The position numbers and the translations under genes are program-made. The notes beneath the pieces are model-generated. The model was given only the letters and a program-made list of their open reading frames with translations. It had not been told where the DNA came from and did no database searches. A stretch of DNA of 64,000 bases from Vitrella brassicaformis CCMP3155 (taxonomy: Eukaryota; Protista; Chromerida). Shown piece after piece: positions 52,624 through 64,000 of the stretch (position 1 is its first letter; each line of letters starts with the position of its first letter). The stretch is taken from positions 62,001 through 126,000 of the forward strand of contig CDMY01000258.1 in assembly GCA_001179505.1 (NCBI GenBank), written 5' to 3'.

Positions 52624-54846
52624 TCTCTCTGTGCGCCTTACGTGTAGGCGTCTTCTGCTTGCCGTGCGATTCCAGCTTCTGGAAGATCAGTCCCTTCTCC
52701 ACCGGGTCCGCCCGCTTGAGCCGCGCGACCACCTCCATCGCCCGCCACAGCCCCTCCTTTCTCTCGTGCTGCGCCGCGAACCGACGCCGCATCGCCGGGT
52801 CTCTCTCGAAGAACCCCTGGTTGTCCTTGATCAACATGTTCCGCAGGTGGGCCTCGAACCGCGGCTGCAGCTTATTGCCCTCCAGCACGTAGGTGGCGTC
52901 AGATGAGATCTTGTGGGGGTGGAGGTTGAACAGAAGGGGGTAGGGATTGCGCGAGGGCGACGGGGGGCTGGACGGGGCGATGCGCTTCGGTGGCCGCGAC
53001 GGCACAGCCGACTTGGCCGGTTTGCGAGGGGCTTTGGGCGGTGGCGGGGCGGCGGATGGCGTCGAGGGCGCCTCGTCGTCATGCGGATCGTCTATGGATG
53101 ATTCGTCCTCGTGTCGTGCGGGTGGGGGTGTGGGCGGTGGCCTCTTGGCCTTGATGGGACGCTTAGCCGAGAACCCACCACTGGGCGTCCACTCCTCCTC
53201 TGCGTCGCCCCTCGCCCGCGATCTGCCCCGACCGCCGCCCCGCCCCCTTCCTCTCCCACGCCCCCTCTCTCTCGTGGGCTCGTGTGCGACGGGCAGCCGC
53301 AGGGGCAAATCCTCATCGCTGTTGACGTTGTTGTCCTGCCCATTGTGCGGCATCTTGCTCGGCCAGCTGACCCCTCTGTCATCCTCCGCCTGGCGAACGT
53401 GTTCCTCGGCCAACATGAGGGCCTTGTTCAGGGCGGCAGTCAGGCCGCCCTCCGTCACGGCGCCGTCACCCTCCGGAGCCGCGGTGAAGGACAGCTGGCC
53501 GTCGGCCGCCGGGAGGCCGTCGAGGGTCAGAACGAAGGCGTTCTGGTCGGCGGAGAAGCGGAGGATCTCTTCAGGGTGAGCGAACTTGTCACGGAGGAAG
53601 GCGTTGTTCTGCTGGGCCCATCGGTGATGGAGCAGGGCCATGGCCATGGCCGCTGTGGTGTTGGTGGTGGTGTCTTGGCAGGTTGACGTGGCGGGCTGCT
53701 GTGGGGGCAGTAGGTGGGGGAGGGCCGGGTTGGCCATTGGGTCGGCCGCGTCACCACTGGTGGGAATGGGATAAAGGTGAGAGGGGTGGGGGAGGGGGAG
53801 GGATGGGGCTGGACCACCGCTAGACGCAGCCGCAGCTGCAGAGAACGAACCTGAGGGCACACCATGACACACGAGAGATGAGTGGAGTTGACTGCTTTTC
53901 GATCGCTTCCCATTGCTTACCATGCTGGTCGTTCTTGTCGTCGGCGATCTGTGTGCCATCCGTGGCGGATGCGGGCGGTGTCCTCTTCCCGCGGCTCCTC
54001 GGTGAGACGATCGTGGGCGGCCGTGGCCCCACACCACCCGACGCCCTGGGCGGCCCGACCTCCCTCCCGATGCTCATGTGGCCCTCGTGCGCCCGCATCA
54101 CCTCCTCGGCTGACGTGGGCATCGGATGCGCACCCGCGGCCCTTGAGCTGGCTGGTGCTGCCATTGGCACCGGCGGCGGTTGCATCATCAGGTGATGCGG
54201 CGGCAGATACATGCCCTGTGGCGGCATGAAGCAGGGCGGGAAGAAATACGGATGGGGTGGGGGTGGGGGGAACGCCATGGCTGGGTGTGGCTGTTGGGAG
54301 TGAGGGGGGTGAGAAAGGGGCTCGGGGTGAGCGGGTGACGTTGTGCAGTTGGCGTCGTTGCCGGGGACGACGTCCACCTCAACCGGATCCTCTGGGGGCG
54401 GCAACACGGGAATCCTTGAGGGCAAGGGCGGCGCCGAGAGAGACATCGGCGCGTCTACCTGAGGGAGGGAAGAAAGCAACACCGATGCGCGTGTGCATGA
54501 GCCCATCCACTAATGCCTCCCTCCCTCCCTCCCTCCTTACGTCATGATGGTTATGCAGCTGCGATGAGGGCACTGGAGTCCCCAAACGGCCCATGTGGAC
54601 ACCGCCTTCGACAACAACAACGGGGTCATGCCCTCCGGCTACTCCCCGGCGCCGCGCAGGGGAGTCGTGCTGCTGCATGGCGACGTCAGCGGAGGCTGAG
54701 GACCCCCCCGCATGTCCGCCACGACTCTCTGCGTTCCCAACGCGGCTCTCCATCAGCTGAGCTGCCCCGTTGGTGCTGCCTCGCGGGTCAGGTGTGTGTC
54801 TGTCGGCGGATGACAGGACGGGGAGGTGCGAGGGCTGGCTCAGCAT
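49991..54846 (-). CDS. ApiAP2-like transcription factor with up to three AP2-like domains, an AT-hook and RG repeats; multi-exon
   Basis: GHRYISWSRKESGYVVKVSHNG...LLDALKKACQSRDAL (52155-52311) is AP2-like. Two further strand-strand-strand-helix segments end in EAMNVRHALL and EAITAATSYRDEI. AT-hook KRKPGRPRKH at ~51184-51213. Phase-1 introns 52641-52534, 52401-52314 and 50219-50125 link ORFs 52544-54037, 52142-52534 and 49852-52311 to a last exon ending in TAG at 49991. Confidence 0.7.
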
Positions 54847-54862
54847 GGCACACACATGCGCC
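53366..54862 (-). repeat. Inverted copy of one array unit plus the conserved module (homologous to ~42620-44384)
   Basis: ORFs 54379-54855, 53820-54506 and 52544-54037 repeat the peptides of 41171-41857, 41861-42496 and 43699-45294. Homology ends at GGGGTCAGC (44376-44384 versus 53366-53374). Confidence 0.95.
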
Positions 54863-55087
54863 GAGGCGATGTGGCGGCCACACGAAACACAAGGGGGTGA
54901 TTCTTGGACGGATAGTTCTCGGACTGAGAGTTTGGCAGGGAGGTCGTCACGCCAAAGAGAGCTGTCCTTCTACGAATGCAGGCGTTTGTTCGCCTCCTCG
55001 TCACAAAGCTCGCACGCCTAGGGTGCGGTGTGAAACCGCCGCTGCTGCTGCTCTGGAGAGAGGAACTGTGAGGTCATCGGGTGCGCG

Positions 55088-57090
55088 ATGGAAGATGCCG
55101 ACAAGGATTTCGTACTATCATATGGTGATGAGCCATCATCTATCGAGGACACGCTGAGGAACATGCAACAGGACGGCCTGATGCACGGTGATGGTGATGA
55201 GGGCCTCATCGACTACCTCACGCTGCCCTCTTTGCCCGACGTCAATGACTCTTCGATGGAACACATCACGTAAGCCACAGAAGACTAACTTGTCACGCAC
55301 AGACAGGATCTCATGACATGGGTCTGTGCGCTGCCATTCGTCCATCGATCAGGTCAGCGTGTGTGCTTAATGAGGCGCAAAGGCTGCGGGAGTGCCCTGA
55401 GGCGCAGGAGGACAGAGAGCGGTGGAGGCTGTTCAACCGGTAAGAACACAACTTACACATTGCCGAGTTACTCGGTGATTTTCGATGCCCTGTGTGTTTC
55501 CTGCAGGTCACTTCCCCTCCACGGCCGGCTGTCGAAACATGGCGACCACATGTCCTCACCCAAGGTGGCCACAGCCGCGTCTGTTACCTGCTCTGAGAGC
55601 CCTGCAGAACGCCAACCTCCGTCGCTGTCGCAACCAAACGGGTCTATGAATGGGGCGTCGAGTGGCGGCGGGCTGAGGGCAGCGCTGCGGAAGGCACTGC
55701 TAGGCGGAGGGGAGGGATCCGACGAGGTCACCCGATGCTTACACGAGGTGCGTAGGTCTCACACGCAATACATCTACACATTCGCTGACCGTATTTTGTG
55801 TGCGGTGGTCAGGCGTCCACCGCTCTGTTGAGGTATCGCTGCGCACCTCCTCGCGTGTCTGCGTCAGTCCAGGAGTGCGCGAGGCGCCGCCACGGCAGCA
55901 TCTGCGAGCGGATCGCACTGAAGTGGCGGGAGAGTGCCCCTGCTGCTGCGTCGACAGACAACGGTGCTGACCCGCCGCCGCCGCCTCCTCCTCCGTCACA
56001 ATCCATTGAGGAAGCCACCCCAGCGCCCTCCCAGCCCTCTCTCCCCCCTGCTGCCGGCCTGCCAGCTGTCCCCTCCGTCAGCACACGGCAAGGCAGCAAC
56101 AGCAAGTGGCTGGACTCCCTGCCGCCCAGGAAGGGCCGAGCTGTGCAGCTCATCGATACGGAAGAGGCAAACAAGAGCAGGAAGCGCAAAGCGGGCGACG
56201 GGGAGGATGGGAGGAGCCCCAGGGTGCGTCAGCACACACCTGTGGGCAGCACCGGCAAGATGCAGCTGCGCAGCAGGTGGGGATCGGATGGGTGGCACGG
56301 GTTGACGCGAAAAACACTTCCAGCTAACGGATTGCTGCTGTCCCCATCTTTCCTTTTCAGGACTGGTCGTCGTGGCGGTTCCTCCTCGTCTGCCGTCATG
56401 GACGCCAAGGCCTTCGTCAGCAACTTCGAGGCCAACGTTGACAGGGCCATGGCCGCAGCGGCTGACGGAGATGCAGATGCCCGTGTATGCGAGCCCTCCC
56501 CTGCCCTCCCCCCTGCACAGCCCCCCACAGCCGCCATCGAGGCCTGTGCTGCTGACCAAGGAAAGACGACCGAGCGGCCCAAGGCGGCGAGGGGCAAGAG
56601 GAGACACAGGCGTCGGGGACACGACCGGAGGAGCTGGGAGGCACGCCCGTATGTGACGGGCGGGAAAGCGGCTGTGAGCAGTGAGGATCTGCCGGAGTAC
56701 GAGAGGGGCCTGTTGCCAAAGCCAGACTAGTGTGTGGGCGAAATGTGAGGGCTCACTGGAGAGGGAGGGTGTCTGTGTATCTGTCTGTGTGAGAAGACGT
56801 GTGTGTGAGTCATGTGTGCTCATCGTGCTCACAGACGATGGGGTGCGTGATGACGTACGTCGAAGCCCTTGAGGCAGCCAAGGCAGTGAAGACAAAAAAG
56901 GGACACACACTGCATATACAGACCTTCAGCGAGCGACAGAGGTGATCAACCCCAGCGAAATACCCGGTGTCAGTAAGAATAGCGGATGAACGTCGGACTA
57001 TTCTTGCTTACGCCAGGTATCTCACTCGGGTCGATGACCTCGAAGCCCTTGAGGTTGCCGTCTTCGTGTACACAAAGTGGTCAGCTTTCC
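55088..57090 (+). CDS. Hypothetical multi-exon protein (acidic N-terminus, Pro-rich middle, basic cluster)
   Basis: MEDADKDFVLSYGDEP... exon with a gtaag donor at 55270. Coding-like ORFs 55313-55831 and 55798-56730, plus small donor/acceptor-bounded segments to ~57080. Exon chain not fully resolved. Confidence 0.4.
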
Positions 57091-57462
57091 CTAGTTAGTT
57101 GTGTAGGTGGATGGGGTCTGCTCAGACACAGAGAGACGCTTGTGTTCGTTCCCATGCGTTGAAGGTTTTGGATGCGTCTTGATGTTCGGACAGTGGTGTT
57201 GATAATTAATCGCACTCACTCACTCACTCACCATGCAGTAGTGGTGACAGACAGACAGACGCGTCAGCCAGTCAGGCAGTATCCATCCATCCATCCATTC
57301 GTGCATCCATTGGTCCACACTCACTCAGACGGCCACTTGTCACTCACTCGCGCATCCAGACCTCTATCCCTCTCCCTGTCCCCCTTCCCTCCCTCTGTCT
57401 CTGTGTCTGTCTGTGTCTGTGTCGGTCGTTCACATCGAGTCCTTTTTCTTCTTCTTCTTCTT

Positions 57463-57579
57463 CTTCTTCTTCTCGATGTCTGCGATCATCTTAGCGATGT
57501 CCTTCACCAAGCTCTTGGCGATGTCCTTCGCTTGGTGGCCGCCATCGCCAAGATGATCAAAGACATCGAGAAGAAGAAG
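57463..57579. other. 117-nt inverted repeat / hairpin (37-bp outer stem with 3 mismatches, 8-bp inner stem, 17-nt loop)
   Basis: 57463-57499 CTTCTTCTTCTCGATGTCTGCGATCATCTTAGCGATG pairs with 57543-57579 CATCGCCAAGATGATCAAAGACATCGAGAAGAAGAAG. CACCAAGC (57505-57512) pairs with GCTTGGTG (57530-57537). Confidence 0.85.
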
Positions 57580-58274
57580 GATGGATCGACCGACACAGAC
57601 AGAGGATCTGGTAGCCTGTTTCCGTCTCTCCCTCTCTCTCTCTCTCTCTCTCTGAGTGTGTGTGTGTCATGTGGCCACACAGTGTGTGTCGTGATTGACC
57701 TAGGTGTCATTTGGACACCCAGGTCTCTCTCGGTTCCTTCCACAAGCCGAGGGTCAATGCCAATGAAGGTGAAAACCATCACCATTCATACACACACATG
57801 CAAGCATGACATGAAATCATCCATAGCTCTCCTCGGCCGTTGTGGCACGTGCCGGTGCCGCCGCACTCTTCGGCGTCTAGCTACGACCCCCCGACCCTCC
57901 AGGAAGCGTTCCAGCCAGACACAAGAGAGCGATATGGATACAGCAGGCGCACACGGAAGCATGCATCAAACTGTACACCACATCCGTGTGGCCCCCAGCT
58001 CTCTGATGATCAGTGAGTGACTCATGCAATCGTCAAGTCAGCAAGGCACATGAGTGGAGTGGGCCAAATGCGCTCCTGCACCTCATCGAACGCCATTGGG
58101 ATCGCTCATGGCCCATGGCATGGCCACAAACGACACGCATGGTCTCAATGAGGTACAGAGGAACCGCCGGCACCACTGACGTGACAACGGCATCCCACGC
58201 CACCACACAGACACCAATGACAAGCCAGGAATCTTCCACAAGTACGCACATCCTCAAGCAGGCCACCCACCCAG

Positions 58275-60909
58275 TCAGTACGCTCTCTGATCATCCATCC
58301 CGTTGCTATCGACACGCGAGAAGTAGTCAGTGATCAGTCGCTGGCCCGCCGTGATGGGCAGCCCCTTCCGATACAGCTCAACACTACACGGGCCTGTCTG
58401 CACAGCGGCGAACCCGTGAGGGCTCAGCCGCTCGGCTACGCCTCCCTCCCCATCATCGTGCAACGACTCGACAGGGAGTGCATCGTCGGTGGTGAGTGTG
58501 ATGTAATCTAGCTTGGGCAGAGTGGTGATGGCCTTGACGCATGTGCGAAACAGCCGAGACCAGACTGGCAAACGTAGTAGCAACTCGCCCTCGTCTGTCC
58601 GCCCATCTCCCTCCCCGCCCTCTGCAGCGAAGTTGGTAGCGAGAAACACGCTAATGTGCCGGATGCGATGCTCTATGCCCTTGCCCTTGTTGCTGCTGCC
58701 CTTGTCGGCCCCTGCCTCCCCCACCGACACATCTATCTCCATCTTGCTGCTGCTACACGCCCCACCCGCCCCATCCTCACTGCCCTCATCTGCCTGCCCC
58801 TCCCACAGTGACCAATTCTCACTGCCGTCAAGGCACTTGTGAAACGCACACTTGACGTGCAGCAGTCGCCCCCCACTGGCACAGTTGCTCAGGTACGACG
58901 GCAGGAAAAACGGCTGTTCATGAAAAGAGGGCTGGCGGGCGAACCGCACTACCCGCAGCGATGGGAGGTCGTCTATCGTTTTGACGACGGCCTCCTCGCC
59001 CAGCTGATGCGCACTGCCCATCTCGACGAACTGCACCGACGGGAAGACGCGGCCGAGGTTGAAGAGCAGTGGCTGTGGGAGGGGGTTGTCGGTGTCTGTG
59101 GCCGGCTGCAGGGTGAGGGTGCGTGCTGAGCTGAAGACCAGCTTGGGCAGGAGGAAGTAGAAGGCCTGGATGATGTTATCCTCTGCCAGGCTGGTGGAGA
59201 ATGTCACCGATGTGGCGAGGGAGGCCGCCAGGGTAAGGGTGGACGACTCGAATGCGGGCGTCTCGTCGTCGTAGATCCTGCGGATGGGGCTGCCAGGCTG
59301 TGTGGGCCAGAGGAGGGTGAAGGGGAAGTCGAATACGCTGCTGCTGTAGTCCTCCTTGCCGCCAGGGCTCACACAGTACTTGTGAACCGCATTGAGAGAC
59401 TGTGACACCAGCAGGAAACACAGAGGATGCATTGAGAATGATCAATCCCTCTTGTGTGCGTGGATGCATTGGTCACTCACCGATATGATTCTTGGCGTGA
59501 TCTGTTTGAGCTTGATGGTGGCCTCGATGGCCTTGAGCGACCCCATCGGCGTACCGTCGTCTTCATTGGTCCAGGGGTACAGGTCAGGTTCGTCCGCTGT
59601 GATGCTGAAGCTTGTCACCGTGTCGACGCTCGTGAGCTCGACAAGCTTCATCGCGTCGTGCGCAGCCCACGCGAATAGGGGCGAGAGGGTGACGGTATCG
59701 ACGGCGTCGCAATCCAGCCAGTCCCACCCATACTCTGTGTTGTAACCGCCAAACTCGTTGTCGTGCGCCGTCTTCTCCTGCGTAGTCAACTTGCGCAACT
59801 CGACGGTCTTAAGAGACCTGTGGCACCCACACCCAACAGACAGGGGCGGATTGTGCGTAGGGACCTTTGGAAGGAACTGTCCTGGATTTGCACCCACCTG
59901 AGTGTCCAGCCGCGCAGAAACGAGGCCCACGCCCACCGCCCGCCCACCACTATCGTCTTCAACCGTGGGAACGCCAACGGCTTCTTATAGCCTGAACGCC
60001 ACCGAGAGGGTACCTCGTGCTGCTTGACGCTGTGGCTGTCGGCTTCCAGACTCTCGAGGCTCTCACTAACGCCGTCGAGCAGCTTCACCATGCTCATGTT
60101 CATATGACACCGTACCACCGCCCGGCGGGTCTTGGCCAGACGGGGCCGCCATGCCTCCAGCTGCTTATCGGTGGGGTCGATGTCGCGGTCGGCGAGGAAT
60201 GCGATGGTGGTGTGCATGTCACTGTCGTGGGAGGGTCCCAGGAAGGATGAGTGGGCCCGTGAGAGGCCGCCGATGATGGACTCGGTGCCGATGAGGGGGC
60301 CGAGTCGGTCAAACAGCAACGCGTCAGGGAGGGTGAGCACCGACGGGGTCAACGACTGAACAGAGCACAGCACACACGCACAAATGTGCCATACACACAC
60401 TCTCTCTGTATGTGTGTGTGTGTCCAAGTGCACGTGGGCGGCTGTCAGTTTGTGACCATCCTCACATCTAGGCGCAGGTTGCGAAGCATAGCAGTGAGCT
60501 TCTGCTGAGCGATACCGATGAGGATGTCCTGAGTGCTGGGCGGGGCATCGGCTGGGGCTATCTTGGACAGAAGGACCTTAAACCTCTCATAGTCCATATA
60601 CACCATCTGCACACGTGATGGGCAGAAAGATCAGAGACGCAAAGCACACTCCATGTGTGTCATCTTGTGGTCTCTCACCTTGGCTACGTTAGGGCACATG
60701 TCTTGTCCCAATGTCCGCTCCTTGCTCTCCTTGAGCGTCAGCACCTCACCAGCCTGATTGCACAGGGAGGCCCACAGAATGGTACGGGAGACTTCGAGCC
60801 CTTTTCATCTCTCCCCTCTCCCCACCTGTCGCTGCAGTGCGTCGATCTTTTCTCCTACGTTTCCGTACTTGTCCCTCGCACCCACCAACACGCTCACAAT
60901 GGACTCCAA
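58275..60909 (-). CDS. Large hypothetical protein with an F-box-like motif followed by degenerate LRR-like segments; upstream exons unresolved
   Basis: Phase-compatible exons: LESIVSVL... / AGEVLTL... / MVYMDYERF... / SLTPSVLTLPDALLFDRLGPLIGTESIIGGLSRAHSSF (F-box-like) ... FPRLKTIVV ... RSLKTVELR ... FPSVQFVEM ... LPSLRVVRF ... LPKLDYITL. Confidence 0.5.
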
Positions 60910-62899
60910 CTGGATGAACCATCACATGCACACCAAAACGAAGCAATCCAGTGACTGCGCTTCATCAGAGCAGCCGGCCAGTGTCCTTTCTCACCTCTGT
61001 GCATGCCACTCGCCGTCGCTTCGGATTCGTCTGCGGCTCCATCGCCGCCGCGCGACGGGAAGCCAAAAGAGTGTCGAATATCAGAACATCTCGAGGCTAC
61101 TGTAGATCCCAGCTGTGAGAGGCCGCAGAGCGCCAGTACGGGGGTCAGAGGCCGATCTCCCTCTGGCTCGCATCGTCAGGGGGGGGAGGAGAGAAGGCAA
61201 AGAGAGAAGGCAAGGACCGCCGCATGACTCCTTCTTCTCTATGTCCTTGATGCAGGAAACCCCAAAGGCCCTCCCCTTGCGCCTCCTCCAGTCACTTCTC
61301 TCTCGAGCCCCCATCCAACCTGGCGCGTCATCCCGCCGCCATGGGCTGCCCTCTCATCAGAAGAGCCGCGAAGTTCGCAGCTGACGCATATCAGGGCGAA
61401 CAGGTGAGATTCATAGCCAACGAACAGCGTCTACGGCGGGCGGTCACAGTCACTGGATGGCTTCGATTTCCGTGTTATATCTCCCCAGGTGCAAGGGGAT
61501 GGCCTCCCCAGCATGCCACATGCACACCCATCGATGGCATCCATCATGGTACGGAAACAGGACAATCGTGCACGCACACGACAATCTCCAAGCTGAGAGC
61601 ATGTGGGCCATGCTTGTGCAGGCTGATGGTTCAATTCAGTGGACAAGAGCCAGAATGAGCGGCTAGCCAGGTAGAGAACAGAAGACGCTAGTCGCCGACT
61701 AGGTCTCCGAGCTCCATGCATATCCATGTTTTGCATCCGCAGGTGTAAGGGGATGGCCTTGTGATCATGAAACATGCATCCATCCATCCATCCATCCATC
61801 CTGGTGAAAGCTAAGCATTCTGGTATGCTTACAGGACAATCGTGGACGCTAAATGATGATCATGTTAGAAACGATGTGTGTGTCTGTTCTCCTGTGCAGG
61901 CTGTGCAGGCTGGAGGGAAAAATGGTGGTTGAGGCGCTGATGGTTCAGCTTTGTGTCGTCGGATCTGGTGAGCGGACACACAAGAGTCAGAATGATTGAG
62001 TAAGCAAGCACACTACGCACAAGCCAAACATACCGAAGCTCAGCCCAGCTCTCTTTGTGTGTGTCAGGTATGGCGTGCGGCATGCGGCATGTGTCAGATG
62101 CAACCCCCGGATGTCATGAGCTGTGATGACTGAGAGTGACGGTCTATAACTGGAGTACACAAGGGTCACATGACGGTATTTTGCGGTGACTTCATCGTCG
62201 ACCGGCTGTGGAGATATGAGGAGTGGGAGTGCTGGTCTCTCCAAGTGGCCTTCTTCCTGGTGGCTGCTTGTCGTTGTGAGCCGACGCAGCTTCACCGCAA
62301 TGGATACAGACACATTTGCCAGTCTTGCACGTAGGGCAAAATGGGTGCCCGAGAGGAGGCCACTAGCATCACTGCTCTCACTGCTCTTTTGTCGTGGGTT
62401 TTGGTGGCTAATCTATCTGCCTGGTGCCGGCCATCGAACCGCTGTGTGTCAGGTTGAGTAGACAGGATCGGTGCATCGGTGTCTGAACTATTGACTGCAG
62501 TGTGAGTGAGGCGACGCGTTTTTCGAGGCGATGCACCTCATGAAGAGACCCATGCAAGGCCAGAAGGTGAACACCATCAATATGCAGACAGACACACACA
62601 CGTGAACATGGCATCGAATCATCCATTGCGAAGGTCAACAAGACATTCAAGCCGTTTTGGTCCACAAAGCCGGCTAATCAAGTGATTTTGTCTAGATCAG
62701 CAGCCATCCAATGGTGAAATGAAGGCCCTGTGCACGGAATAGCACGGAACAGCCACGTATGATCTGAGGGATCAGATTCCACCGCCTGGAAAGCGAAAAG
62801 CTTCAAAAGATCCCACAAAGTGAGCGGTTTCGCGCAATGATGTGAGTTCGTCTTCGGTACCAGCAGTCCTTTTGACCTTGGTCTGCCTTCTATGGCCTT

Positions 62900-63000
62900 C
62901 TGTTGTCCCCAGAAAGCGAAATGCACGCGCGGCGAGATTTTTCGAGTGGCGAGATTTTTTCGCGCGGTGAGACGGCGACAAGCGCGCAAAAAATTGAGAG
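62900..63000. promoter_or_regulatory. Putative promoter with a direct repeat and E2F-like sites
   Basis: GGCGAGATTTTT at 62931 and 62948, TTTCGCGC at 62958-62965 and GCGCGCAAAAAA at ~62982. The segment is microsatellite-free and lies upstream of a chain of short GT-AG-bounded exons on the + strand. Confidence 0.35.
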
Positions 63001-64000
63001 ACAGTTTTTCACAATTTCCGTCCGTGGTCGGCTTTCCAGCCTCATTTCAGCCACAGATCCTTCATTTCTTCTTCCTTTGAGCTGGTTTTCGGCTTGTGTG
63101 GTCCGCCTCGCCCTCTCCCACCCCTCCCAACTTGTCCGAATGTTATCCGCCACTTCCTTCCTCCACCGCCGTGCCCCGGGCGAGGCCTCGCCCGATAGTG
63201 CCCTGCCTTCTGTGGACCGGCCGGCGACTGCCTGGTAAGTTCCTGGCGTCAGCGGAGTGCGCGCGCCTTGATTTTCCCTCAAACGACCTCCTTCAGGTGA
63301 GTACATAAAAATGTGCCGTCTTCCGTCATGTCTCTTGGCTGTCGTGATGGGGTGGTGTATGGATGATCGGTAGGGTTGAATGCATGGTCTCTTTCGCTGC
63401 CATGTGTCTTCTTTCGTCAGGTCTGTCTGCTGCAGACGAACGGTCCTCTTTCTTTTCCCCGTCTCCGACTTTTTTCCTCGACGCATTTGTCTGAAGATTG
63501 GTAAGTGCCTCACTGAGCCTGGTCTTCACTGCGCACATCAATGTCCTTGTTCACTGCTTCAGGCATGCAATCCTTTGGTCCGAAGGAAAAAAGGAAGCAG
63601 ACCAATTTAGTGGATCGACGAACAAATTCATTGTTGTGTATTGCAGCTGATAAGGAAATCTACGATGACAACCTTTTAATAAGGAGAAGACACGCACATA
63701 GACGACAGGAAGGTAGGCCGTACTTACGTGCACTGTGTGAGAAATTCAGAATGCGCACCTTTTTCAGGCAAACACCGTGAGTTGCTTTCCCTTGGGTCAC
63801 CGCAAAAGCGGCTGCCGTCAAGTGGTGCATGCGTCGACTGACAGACGCCACCCCCAAACAGAGAGGTGCGTGCCCATTGCCCATCCTCAGAAAGAGCAGA
63901 CATGGTCTGTTTTGTGTGGGTGTGTTGGTGTGTGTGTGTGTCTCTGTGCTGTTCAGGTGTCTCCACCATGCGAATCGATCCTCGGTAGACCAAGATGAGT

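Noticed and set aside
43100-54862. Inverted copies as terminal inverted repeats of a DNA transposon, or as LTRs of the copia fragment
   Set aside because: They are spliced coding exons, LTRs would be direct repeats, and no TSD, TG...CA ends or transposase was found.
61322-61860. Locally duplicated segments (CAGGTG[C/T]AAGGGGATGGCC...ACAGGACAATCGTG) as a small + strand gene
   Set aside because: The second copy hits stops immediately, and no consistent exon chain or motif could be built.
63140-64000. 5' exons of a further + strand gene
   Set aside because: Several splice-like sites are present, but no convincing frame or product could be assigned within the window.

Overview
Eukaryotic, intron-rich, GC-rich genomic DNA whose introns are full of (CA)n/(GT)n, (TCCA)n and (GACA)n microsatellites. 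Bipartite plastid leaders, AP2-type DNA-binding domains and an apicomplexan-style subtilisin point to a chromerid alveolate, most likely Vitrella brassicaformis (inference, no search run). Gene models were spliced by hand from the sequence. The left 40 kb is a compact gene array with several head-to-head pairs: prolyl oligopeptidase (partial), a ~1650-aa secreted subtilisin-like/PAN-Apple mosaic, GET4, a Regnase-type NYN RNase, cytosolic IleRS, a USP deubiquitinase, plastid ferredoxin FdC2, a membrane protein, a CRT10-like WD40 protein, a TDY MAP kinase and a PH-like multi-exon gene. The 40.6-54.9 kb block is the most unusual part. A ~1.1-kb two-exon unit is tandemly amplified in frame and joined to a conserved ~90-aa module and a frameshifted kinase-like domain, followed by a decayed Ty1/copia fragment. 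An inverted copy of the same unit plus module forms the 5' end of an ApiAP2-like gene with an AT-hook. The right end holds hypothetical/F-box-like genes, a 117-nt hairpin and a promoter-like segment. There are two 300-N assembly gaps. No rRNA, tRNA or CRISPR array was seen.
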